A stretch of DNA of 64,000 bases. Source: Lama guanicoe (lineage: Eukaryota). The translations under genes were made by a program, and so were the position numbers. Location of the stretch: NCBI GenBank assembly GCA_013239625.1, contig MU054323.1, positions 13,873,950 through 13,937,949 on the forward strand. The letters are read 5' to 3'. The notes below the pieces were generated by a model. That model was not told the origin of the DNA and searched no databases. It was given only the letters and a program-made list of their open reading frames with translations. The stretch's first letter is position 1. The number at the start of each line of letters is the position of its first letter. This document shows, piece by piece, positions 14,035-25,089 of the stretch.

Positions 14035-14420
14035 CTCTTTAATTTAGCTTTATTGAGGTATGATTGGCATATTAAAAACTGTACAATTTGAAGTTTATAA
14101 TTCAATAAGTTTTTATGTATTGATATACTGTGAACTCATCAGCATAAGCAAGAGAATGAACCCATCTATCACCCCAAGACTTTCCTCTTGTTCCTTTATG
14201 ATCTGTGTAATCTCCACCTGCTGCCCTTCTCTGCTCCCTGTCTCTGTCTCCAAGGAACCACTAATTGGCTTCTTGTTATACATCAATTGAATTTTCTAGA
14301 ATTTTATATTAATTGAATCATACATTATTTACTCTTTTTTTCCCCCGGCTTCTTTCCCCCAATATTATTATATTAAAATTCAGCCATTGTAGTGTCTTAC
14401 CCAGTAGTTCATTTCTTCGT
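14035..14420 (-). mobile_element. Old L1 (L1MB-like) 3' end
   Basis: agctttattgaggtatgattggcata...ccatcaccccaaga...aaggaaccactaatt...tttctagaattttatat. Confidence 0.75.
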
Positions 14421-15261
14421 ATTCCTCTCCCCCTGCCTAATTTCTGTTTGTTCCTTACTACCAGAAATCTTGAAATTTGTTAGTAGCGTCTTCCTTTGTT
14501 CCTTTTCTCTAGCGTCTATTTGAAATATCTCTTCACTCCCAGATAGTATCAAAAGGCAATCAGTGAGCTCATTCTCCTTGTCATATATGTCCCTGTTTTT
14601 GTTCCCCCATTTTATTATAGTCAGAAACTGTGACTATCACACATACTTTTCCCATTATAACTATCACTTTATCTTAGTACTTCATATGAATATATATTTA
14701 ATATCCACCACCAGATCTTATGTCAGTGTTTCTCCAGGCTTTTTTGTTGTTCACAAATTTCTTTAGTAGAGAATATTCTCTGTTTTTGTGAGATTTGTTG
14801 TAGTTGTTATTTTCTTATTTGTTTTGGCAGGTTAATAATAATTGTGCCCTTTTTATTTGAAGATATGTTTGCCCAGGTAATACAAAGTGGTTCACATTTT
14901 CTTTTCCATAAGTATCTTTACATATGTTGATCTTACTTTCTTCTGACATAGAGTCAAAATGTCTGATGACAGTATGATTTTCTTTTTCTTACAGATGACT
15001 TTGGAGAGGGGGGGCACACTTGAGACCTACAGAACTCTTTTTTCTTTAAAGAACAATTGTTTTATTAAAATACATCATGGTTGTCTTGTGATGACTTTCC
15101 CATATATGTGGCATACCCTTTTTATATGAAATTTCAAACATTTTTTTAATTTCAGGGAAGTTTTCTGATTGATAGTTTTTAACATTTGTTCTTTGCTTTG
15201 GTTTTCTCCAGCAACTCCTATAATAGTATGTCACATCTTCTTTGCTTACCTTCCATAGCTG

Positions 15262-15373
15262 TCTCCTCCTCCTCCCCCTCCTCCCCCTCCCCTTCTCTTC
15301 TCCTTCCTCCTTCTTCCTTCTTCTTCTTCCTCCTCCTCCTCTTCTTCTTCTTCTTCTTCTTTTTTTTTTTTTT
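15262..15373. repeat. Compound polypyrimidine microsatellite (CCT)n/(CTT)n/poly(T)
   Basis: About 112 nt composed only of C and T on the + strand. Confidence 0.97.
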
Positions 15374-15442
15374 GCTGTTCTTTCATAGCTTCTATCACTT
15401 TCTTAAACTTTTTTTCACTTTTTTCTCTAAAATATCAGGGTG

Positions 15443-15599
15443 AGCAGAGGATATAGTTCAAGTGGTAGAGCACAGGTTTAGCAATCATGAGTCCTGAGTT
15501 CAATCCCCAGTACCTCCTCCAAATGGAAATAAATACATAAACCTAATTACCTCCCACTCAAAAAAAAAAAAAAAAAGGAACAAAAGCAAAGTGAAGCAG
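15443..15599 (+). mobile_element. tRNA-Ala-derived SINE (Vic-1-like)
   Basis: Degenerate A and B boxes (tagttcaagtgg; gagttcaatccc), the family tail motif aacctaattacc and poly(A). Perfect 15-bp TSD taaaatatcagggtg at 15428-15442 and 15600-15614. Confidence 0.92.
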
Positions 15600-16846
15600 T
15601 AAAATATCAGGGTGGAGTTTTTTGGATAAATATTTCTAGAGAGCCTGTTGTATTCTGCTCCTTATTTTTTTTAATAGTAACTTTATTTTGTGACCAAATT
15701 TATCAGCTTTGTTGGCATTGTTCATTTTAGTCATAAAAGTAAAATCAACATAAGCATAATTAACACAATGTATATTAGACAGATTATAAAACTAAGTCTA
15801 AGATTATTTGTGGAAATTGAAAATATTTAGTTCAGTTAGTCATTCTTGAATAGTAAATTTATATAGAATTTAACAACACTCTCTTTTGCTTATGTTTAAG
15901 AGAATAAGTTTCCCTATAATTAGATAGGAAGGGTGATCCAGGGTAGCTTTTCTGGATTCAAACCTTTAGAACTACCTTTTCTGTTGATTTCATAAAATGA
16001 TTTTTTTTTTAAGCATAATTTCTGAGCTCTGACTCCTCTGCACCCTTCCTTCACTTTCATCTGGGTTTTCTTTTTCCTTTGCTCTGTTGTACCTGTACTG
16101 CTCAATTGATATTCTCCTTAAGATGAGCTTTTATCTTGCATGGGGGCTTCCTGTTATTCATGTTGAAAATTCAGGGCTCAAATGGCCCGTGCCACATCTA
16201 CTCTTACAATGGTCTCCGCCCCCCGCATTCATTTGATGCCAGTAAAAGCCCTCCTAGTTTCTGCTTCCAGATTGGCATCACATTTGTCAGTGAGTGTTTT
16301 GGCACTTTGGGGCTCTCGGCTTCTCAGAGCTGTTAGAAGTTGCTTTGCTTTCTTGCTTTTCTTTCCACACATGTGGATAACTCGTGTATATTTGCTACTG
16401 CTGATTTTCCCTACTTTCTTACTCATTTTTGGGTTCCTGTACACTCCTAGTTTTCTGTAGCTTTTGCCTGTGGGTATTTGGATTTATTCTTTCAGATTTG
16501 GCTGGAAAGGGGTGGATACTGGAATTAATAATCAAGTATCCCTCTGCCATTCTCCCCAAATCCTTGATATTTCTTTTTTTTATTAGTTTCCCTGGTGATT
16601 ATAAAGAGCAGTTGGAGTTGAGAAGCCAGTTCTGAATTCTTCTCTTACCTCATCACTTTCTGGCAATGTCATTTTTTAAAGTCACTTTAACTGTGTCAAC
16701 TTCAATTTCCTTACCAATAAAATGATCACAGTAGTACCTGTACTATGTTCCTCACAGAATTGATGTTTTATACAAGATTCATAAATGCAAATATTCTTTG
16801 AAAATGTAAAATTCTATACATCTGTATATTAGTAGTTCATTCTTAT

Positions 16847-16989
16847 GGGGTGGCAGGTATAGCTCAGTGGTTGAGCCTGTGCTTAGCATGCACGAGGTCC
16901 TGGGTTCAATCCCCAGTACCTCCATTAAAAAAAAAAAAAACCCACAACCTAATTACCCCTCCCAAACAAACAAAAAACAAGGAACAAAC
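16847..16989 (+). mobile_element. tRNA-Ala(AGC)-derived SINE (Vic-1-like)
   Basis: A box tagctcagtgg (16860-16870), B box ggttcaatccc (16903-16913), aacctaattacc motif and an A-rich tail. TSD tagt(a/c)gttcattctta at 16830-16845 and 16990-17005. Confidence 0.94.
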
Positions 16990-18402
16990 TAGTCGTTCAT
17001 TCTTAAATGAACACCAACAGCAGCAGTAAGCATGCCTTTGATCTACATACAATGTGTTATACAGACATTGCAGCAGTGAGGGAAGCACTTACGTTTCTTA
17101 CTAAAGAAATCTGAGCTCTTGTGTTATTTTGAGACAGTGTTCCTTCTTGGTCCTGAATGACGGTTTGCAAGGTCTGCCTTGTGGCCTGTAGGCCCCAGAT
17201 AGACCTGGAGGTTGAGATTGCTGGGTTCTGATTCAACCAGGACTGCTTTCCTCTTTTTCTGTTTTACATTGTTCTCCTACAGGCAGTTGTGTATGTAAAA
17301 GGGTTCCTCAACAATAATGACTACATCAGCAATAACAATAACGATATGTTGGTTTAGAACTATCCTGGATTTGGCAGTTCCTAATTTAGGTACACACTAT
17401 GAAGTAAAATTTTACTTCCCCTTCAGTGGCTTGGAAATCTATGCATTTTTAAAATTAAACACAATATATACTAGCTTATCTTTAAGCTACCCTTCAAAAT
17501 ATACTGAACCCCCAATGGATCCACGCAATGGACTAATACTACTAACCTGAGAACACTATGTTGCCTACCCTGGTGACTAAGGGTCTAAGAGTAAGACGGT
17601 GCTGAAGAGAGAAGGACAGGTTTTTTTCTCATCAATTCCTGGTACTTTGACAATTTCAGGCAAATTTTTGAATTAGTTAAAATTTAATTTTCTATCAATA
17701 CCTTTCTTTTTGCACTCCAGTTCAACACCTTCATGCCTCTCCTCTTCTGGCCTCTAATAATTTCAAGGCTATGTTTTTGTACCATTTCAACTGAGAAGCA
17801 GAACAAAGGTTTGGTCCTCTAGAGTGTTTTACTGACCTCCCTGTCCAAAACGATGATCTCCTTTCCACGAAGAAGCTGATCTTCATCAGCCATTAGAAAA
17901 TTAATATAATTAAACCAATTCACACTAGTGAATGACTGATGACCCATAACCATTTCACTGCTATTAATATTTTTAAAAGAGGATGCTTGAATTGCTAATT
18001 GGGGAATTTTAAACACTTGCTACAAAAATGGGGAAAAAAGCAAAACATTAGGCTATATCAGAGATGGATTTTGGCACAGATGGGCTAATAAGTGGGCCCC
18101 TGGGTTAGAACCACCGCAGAGCTTGCAAGCTATGCTCTTTATATTTCCAGAAAGTGCCACGATGCAGAAGGTGCCCCTGGAGCTGAGTCATTCAGGGGCC
18201 CTTACTAGGGTAAATCTTTTACACATTTTCTTGCTTTTGTCCATGATGTTCCTCACAGGTTTCTTCAAAGCATCAAATTTCACAATGTCTTCCGAAATAG
18301 TAGAGCAGGTCACTTGTAAATAGAGGTTTTTTGTTTGTTTTTTACAAGTCAAATGTTTTAAACTGCAGGTGCGTCTGAATATGCTTGGACTCGCAAGCAG
18401 GT

Positions 18403-18860
18403 CTGTGACAGAGACTGCCAGTTGCCTACCCCAACATCCATTCTCCCCTTCCTCTCTAGGGGGTGGTAGTATGTCCAACCAGAAGCTTACATTTCCCATA
18501 ATTCCTTGTCCATAGATTATAGGCATATGTCTAAAGTCTGGCCACTGAGATGGAAGCAAAGTGTTGCATGAATTTTCCATAAACACTTTGAAAAGGGTGG
18601 GAATGTCCATTTGTCTTTGTTCCCTTTCTTCTGCCTACTGGCTGGAACTTATACCTCATCACTGGAGTTACAGGAACCATTCAGATGAGGCAGAAAGATT
18701 AGAGCCAAAGTCCTTGATGGTAGTGTGAAGCTGAAATATCTACTCCAGTCTACCCATATGTGGACTGCTTTTACTTGAGAGAGAAATAAACTTGTCTTAC
18801 TTAATCCTCTCTTTTCCAGGTCTCCATTACTTACAGCCAAGCCTATTACTATTATAAGCA
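18403..18860 (+). mobile_element. MLT1 (J/K-like) LTR
   Basis: tgtgacagagactgccagttgcctacccc...tggactgc...gagagaaataaact...acagccaa. Confidence 0.7.
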
Positions 18861-19049
18861 CCTAATTCACAATTTAACTGCAGCCAGGTCATTGTTCCCA
18901 TGTCATTTATAGTTAAACAAAATGACTTAAATTCTGTTTTAAAATATAAGAAGTTTCAGTTCAAGAATATTTATTCTACCAAGAAATTAACTTTTCAAAG
19001 TCATCAGCCTTCAGAAAGTCTTTCTGGTTCATATCCAAATTACAACAGA

Positions 19050-19225
19050 ATCTCCGTGGGGCTGTGCTTAATACTTTGCTTATCGGTCTTCAAAATGCAT
19101 ATGAATCATCCAAGAATCTTGATAAAATCTAGATTCTGACTTGGAAGTTCTGGGGTAGAGCCTGAGATTCTGCATTTCTAACAAGCTCCAAGTGATACTG
19201 ATCCTGTTAACTATCAGCACTTTAG
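19050..19225. mobile_element. MER5A-like element
   Basis: gaatcttgataaaatctagattctga...ctggggtagagcctgagattctgcatttctaacaagctcc. Confidence 0.8.
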
Positions 19226-20559
19226 ATGATAGGCATCAGATAATCTTTTGGGTATCCGTAAGTGTACAGCTTCACTGGTTTCCTCTTCTCTTTCTCTGTT
19301 CCCTTTCCTCTCATCAGAATTTCTGAAGATGAGGATCAGAAAGCTGAAACATGAAGATGTATATAAAAATTTTTATACACATAAGTTTGAAAATCGTAGA
19401 TATGGCTCATGGATTGTTATTTGCGAATTTCAAACAGTACAGTAGATACTAATGCAGTCTGGGAAAATAATTTCTTTTTTTAAGAAGCAATAGTAAATCT
19501 CCCTCCTCTAATTTGGAAAAGATAATTTCTGTTTTTAACCCAGAGTTAAATACAGATAGAATTTTGAGTTAAAAGCAGAAGTAGCCAGGTTTTAAAACAT
19601 TCAGCATCTTTCTTGTCCATGGAGAGATAGAAGGGCCAGCTTCTGAGAGAAAGTGCCAGAGCAGAGATTCTTTTTGTTTCTGAAATACTGTTCAGGTGTC
19701 TGATTGTGAGTATAAGGAGGCTGAAAAACATTTTTTAGGTCAAATTATGCACTAGTACCCTTACGAGCTGTTTGGATTAAAACAGAATCAAAGAGACATA
19801 TGCTAATTTTGACTTAAAATGGGTTAGGTTTTTTTTTTTTCCAAAGTGACATTGCTTATAGAAATTGTAGTCTTTGGGCCATCTCTGTGTCCAGATAGCA
19901 AGTTCTTGAATAGGGGAATGAATTACATATATTCAAGGTGAAGTAAAATAATTACAGCAATCATCAGTACTAATTTAGGCAAAAAATCTTTCTGGAAACG
20001 TTTAGAAATTCTGGGAGAAGTGTTCCTCTTGGTTTTAGCAATTTATAGACTTTAACTTTTTTTTTTTTTAGTGTAAACCCAGTCATGTATGGTTATGAAT
20101 TTCTACCATTAAGTGTTTTCTTTCTGGGTAATTTTTCCTTTTTATTCTTACCCTGAAGAAATAGCCTTTCTAAAGATCTTTGATTTTACTTTAAAAATAG
20201 ATTTTTGATTATCAGTTCCTTTTAATTGAGCCTTTCTTTATGTATGATGCATTCTATTTCTTCTTTTCTTGTCTCTTTTCTCATCATAATTGATTGAGGC
20301 TTCTTGTTCTTTTCCCACTAGTTTTCTTCTGCTATTTGTTTGGAAGTATATGCTCCATATTATTCTTTAAGTGATTACCCTAGCTATTTTAGCATGCATC
20401 TTTATGAAAGTCTAAAGTTAACTAGTATTTTTATCTTCTTCCAGATTAAGACAAGACTTACAGAATTTTTAAACTATGATCTTCATCCTTATTGTATGCA
20501 GTTGTTGTTCAGTGATGTTTTCCCTCATTAGTGTTTCCTCTGGATAATTACTGTTACAG

Positions 20560-21110
20560 TTGAGGTTATCAGTGGCCACTGACTTAATAAATCATGCCTA
20601 TGTAATGAAGCTTCCAAAGTAACCAAAATGATGCGATTTGAATAGCTTTCTGACGGTGAACATATATTGGTGCTAGGGGTGGGTAACATGCCTGGAGAGA
20701 GCATGGAAACTCCATGCACCCTCCCCCATACCTTGCATTTCCATCTGGCTGTTCTTGAGTCATAACCTTTTTATAATAAACCAATAATCTAGTAAGTAAA
20801 TTGTTTTCCTGAGTTCTGTGAACCATTCTAGCAAATGACTGCATCCAAAGGTGGGTTGATGGGAAGCCCCGATTTATAGCTGGTCAGTCAGAAACAGGTG
20901 ATAATCTGCAGTTGTGTTTGGAAAAGTTTTGTGGGATTGAGCCCTAAACCTGTGGTATCTGACATGAACTCCAGGTAGTTTGTAGGACGCTCAGCTGGTG
21001 TCTGGAGAATCAGAGAATTGCTTCACGTGGGAAAACCAAAACACCCATTTGGTAACCAGGAGTGAAGTGTGTGTGTATTTTGTGTGGAGAAGAAACACAG
21101 GAATTTTACC
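20560..21110 (+). mobile_element. MER21-like ERVL LTR
   Basis: aatcatgcctatgtaatgaagcttcc...ggagagagcatggaaactcc...ttccatctggctgttc...aataaacc...ttcctgagttctgtgaaccattctagcaaat. Confidence 0.8.
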
Positions 21111-21764
21111 TTTAAAATGTTCAATTTAAATCTCAATCAGGATTGTAATTTTAAAGGATAGGATTTATTATAGTCAAGTTATTAAAGTTAGTTTATATGT
21201 TAAAGTTATCCATTGTTTAGAATGTGAACATAGGTATATTTTAGGTTTTAAAACTCAAAAGTCTCTGGGAAAATTGGAGGTTTATATACATCTGATAAAT
21301 AATGACAGTTACAGTGTGTGAGTCAATAGATATTTGACTAATGTGCCCAAGTGACTCTCAGCTGTGTTCAGTAAGTTGTGGTTGAATATATGAATGAATG
21401 GATACTGTTCATAAGTCATAGTCTAAGAAAGAAGTATGTTGGAAACTTTGTGTGTGTGTGTGTATCTATGCATCTCTAGAAAGTAGGGTAGGAGAGTCAT
21501 TGTTTCTCCTCTAGATTCGAGGACTGATAGCCGAATAGGGACTAGTCTGTCTGTTTTGTCGATTGGCTGTAATCAGCTGGTCAAAAGCTCCCACCTTTTG
21601 GGCTATCAGACAAAGCAGGCTTGATACTGAGTCATCTTCCAGCACTCTGACTTGCTTCATACTGTCCAAATTACTGGTAGAATCTAGAGCGAGAGTTTCA
21701 GCATTATGTGTTTTTTTTATGGATGTAGAACATGGGACAGACAATTAACGACAACAATAGATAC

Positions 21765-21995
21765 TAACGTTCAGTAAGCACTTACTATATGATAGGCAGA
21801 TATTCTTTAAATGCTTTACTAGTATTAGCCCATCCCACAGTAATCTTAAAGTAATGTGCACTTATTAGCTCTATTTCACAGCTAGCTTAGAGAGGTTAAG
21901 AAATTTGACCCAGTTCACACAACTGGTAGGTTGTAGAACCTTGATTCTAACCTGGGCATTTTGACATCAGGGCAGTGCTCTTACTCCTTACCACA
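21765..21995 (-). mobile_element. MIR SINE
   Basis: agcacttactatatgataggca...ctatttcacag...gcttagagaggttaagaaatttgacccagttcacacaactggtag. Confidence 0.8.
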
Positions 21996-22063
21996 TGCAT
22001 CTTAGAAGAATCGAGATTGAAGGGTTTGAACCACATTGAGCAGTAGCCTTCTTCACTCTAGGG

Positions 22064-22279
22064 CAGTGGTTCTCAACTGGAGGCAGTTTTATCCCTCAAG
22101 GGACATTTGGCGATGTCTGGAGACATCTTTGTTAGTACTTGGAGTAGAGTGATGCTGCTGGCATCTAGTGGGCAGAGGGAAGGGATGCTGCTAAACATCA
22201 TAGAGTACATAGAAATGACCCTCCACAACAAGTAATTACCCAGTCTAAAAAGGTAATATGCAAAGTTAGAGCAATCCTG
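22064..22279. mobile_element. MER20-like hAT DNA transposon
   Basis: cagtggttctcaac...gggacatttggcgatgtctggagacat...ggcatctagtggg...ggatgctgctaaacat. Confidence 0.9.
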
Positions 22280-22284
22280 CTCTT

Positions 22285-22430
22285 CCTTAGTAGCTCCCAG
22301 CCTTGGCTGAAGATCAGAATGATTTGGGAAGCAACCAGACCAACTATATCAGAACCTCAAAGAGCGGGATTTTTTTTTTAAGTTTCATAGGTGATTCCAA
22401 TGTACAGCCAAGTTAGAGATCCACTACCCT
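22285..22430. mobile_element. MER5-like element
   Basis: cccagccttggctg...atcagaa...aggtgattccaatgtacagccaagttagagatccact. Confidence 0.65.
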
Positions 22431-23479
22431 ACAGAAAATTGTACTTTTGAATGGCCGTCACAAATTCCAACTGCACCTCTGTCTCCATTGATAACATAAG
22501 TGGTTGGTGAGAGACACAGGAGTTCTATTATGGCAATTTAGATTTTTTGGAATTTTTGTACCTTCTCTAAGGAAACATGGAAAGAGAAGAAGGAATCTGA
22601 AGAGCAAAATTGAGTATGTGTTCATTCTCTGTAGAGGCTGTTCTAAACTTGTATAATTTATTTTGTACTGAAATCTTGATTATCCTTTCCTGGCCAAACC
22701 TGCTTAAGGCTTATACTAAGTCCTTGATCTTGATGTCAGTTTTGTAAGACTAAGATCTTGCCAGAAGTGAGAGGCTTATTTATTTGTATGTACATGGTAG
22801 TGGTGGTGGACCACTCTAGCTAGAAGGTAGAAAAGCTGAGAATGATAGTTCCAGGCATCTGTCATCTTGTAAAGGCAAAGCTTGAAGCAGGAGACTTGAA
22901 GGAGGACTTTTCACAGGGAGGTTGGCAACAGAAGCTTTATTGTCTGTGGTCTACTTGTTGAGAAGAGTAAATGTCCAGATGTGAGTGCTTCAGTGATGGC
23001 CACAATGATTCTGCCTACTTCACATTCATCAAGATCTAGAAGGGGAAAAATTTAAATTTCTGATATGAACTTTAGAGATCAAACCAGATCATCTAAGTCA
23101 AATTATGTGAACATTTAAAAACATCTTTGTTTTTAATATTTTAAAATCCCTAAACATTCAATAAAGTCAATGTTAATGTTCTAAGTTTGACCCCACTGTG
23201 CTAAGGGTTCTTAAGGGGGATGATTTCCATGCTTCAGTCAGAATATTAAAGGATGAGAAGCACTTTCTAAGAATTGTGTTGTGCTGGTGAAGGTCCCTCT
23301 TAAAATATTTCCTAAAGAAACCATGTTGGAAGTGTACCATCCAGACTGTCTTCTGCATCTGGAGGTTCCTCATTTTAAGACTAAGATTTGCAGGGTGTGT
23401 TTTACTTATTTATTTTTAACTTTAATTTATTCCAGAAGAAATGCAGCTCTGTTAACATTTTGATTTTGGCTTATAAGAT

Positions 23480-23586
23480 CCATTTTCTACCTCTTACCTT
23501 TAGAAACGTAAGATAATAAATTTCTGTTGTTTTAAGCTACAAAGTTTATGGTAATTTGTTGCAGCAGCCATAGGAAATGCAAACAG
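23480..23586 (+). mobile_element. MLT1 LTR 3' fragment
   Basis: ataataaatttctgttgttttaagc...tggtaatttgttgcagcagccataggaaa. Confidence 0.75.
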
Positions 23587-24827
23587 TAGTCATGCTACTC
23601 TTCCTGGTAGAGTAGGTCCACTCCTTTCTGACCCTTGCTCATTCATCACAGCAATCTCTGCTGTTATTATCACTAAGAGATATGAACTCAGGAAATGTGA
23701 GTGTCAAAGGAAGTAAGAATGAATGAATGAGCATGATATAGCCTCATCAAACATTTTCCAAATTAAATTGTGAGAAATGGCTTGCTAGAATATATTTTTC
23801 AAATCCATAATAATTAATTACTTGAAAAGTACTCTAGAGATGTACAGAACATTTTATATTATGTATTATATGCAATTATATATTTAATACATTTAAATAA
23901 TAATACATTTAAAAGAATAAAATTTCATGTAAATGTGACTCCCAAAATTCCAGCTTGTATATGGGGGAAGAAAATATTTTAATCCTGAATTACCCAATTA
24001 AACACATAATTTCTAGGTCCCCATTTTATAATGCCTGGTTATAGACTTGATTTAAAATTCTGTATCTACTCAGCTTTTTGCAGATGGAGATTTTCTCTGT
24101 TTTTCCATACGCAGGAAAATAGCATTTACTTTTGATCACTATTTTGAAGAAGAAAAGCATTTTGGGTCTTTCATTTTGTGAATTTGTATTCCAGTGTCAG
24201 AAGTAACATTCAGGGATTTGGAGTTCAGAGTATATCAGAGCCACAGAGCAATATTTGCTGGATGAAATTAAAAGTGATTGTTCTCTCACAGGGATAGAGA
24301 ATACATTGAATATGCAGGTAACACAAAGAAAGTGCCTGTGTGTTAGTGAGTGTTGGTAAAGGAAAAACAGTTGGTCTCTGATAAGTGACCCCATGGTGTA
24401 ACAGTTCTGGGGACAGTCTCATGGGTTATAGTATAGTAAATGTACAGATAAGCAAGCTTAGTGATATTTGAGGTTTTGCCTGTCTTTTTTTATATATTTT
24501 TTGAAGTTATGTATAAAGGTGACTATATTGTTTTCAAATTCTTACCTTTCATGGTTTTAACTAGAAAATAGAGAAGGCGGAGGTGTTAAATTTATAATTA
24601 GTTTAAAGATATAATTTATCACTGAATGATTATGAGGCTCATAATTGTTTGAATTATCTATTGCTGATGATTCTCTAACTTTTAGTGGTTCTCAAGTTTT
24701 AATGGTTATAAAAGCATTACCCAGGGAGCTTGTCTGACTGGCTGTGATTGGATGTGTTTGGAGTGAGGTCTTGGAATTTTAATTTTATTAAGTACTTCAG
24801 GTGATTTTGCAGTGGCTGATCCACAGA

Positions 24828-25089
24828 GGGTTACCGGGTGAGGAATGGGGTGGGAAGGGATAAATTGGGAGTTGGGGATTTACTAACTACTATATATAAA
24901 ATAGATAAACAACAAGTTTATACTGTATAGAATAGGAAACTATATTCAATATCTTATAGTAACCTATAATGAAAAAGAATATGAAAAGGAATATGTGTAT
25001 ATATAGGTATAACTGACATACATTATGCTGTACTACAACCAGAAATTGACACAACATTGTAAACTGACTATACTGCAACTTGAAAAAAA
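24828..25089 (+). mobile_element. LINE-1 3'UTR end (about 260 bp) inside a MER5-like element
   Basis: ...ccagaaattgacacaacattgtaaactgactatac...aaaaaaa is homologous to the reverse complement of the L1 ends at 5850-6130 and 51275-51450. Confidence 0.88.

Larger units (their letters stand above)
14420..16590 (-). mobile_element. Ancient L1/HAL1-like ORF1 and 5' region remnants, interrupted by a microsatellite and a SINE
   Basis: Minus-strand peptide NYQSENFPEIKK resembles the L1 ORF1 ENFP motif; T-rich decayed sequence. Confidence 0.5.

Noticed and set aside
15186..15443. 85-aa Ser/Pro/Phe-rich ORF
   Set aside because: Translation of the pyrimidine microsatellite.
16853..16924. Genuine tRNA-Ala gene
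   Set aside because: It sits in a SINE with a TSD, family tail and three paralogous copies in the window, has an acceptor-stem mismatch, and no oligo-T terminator follows.
18188..18610. 140-aa minus-strand ORF
   Set aside because: Half of it lies in an MLT1 LTR, and it has no recognisable domain or exon structure.
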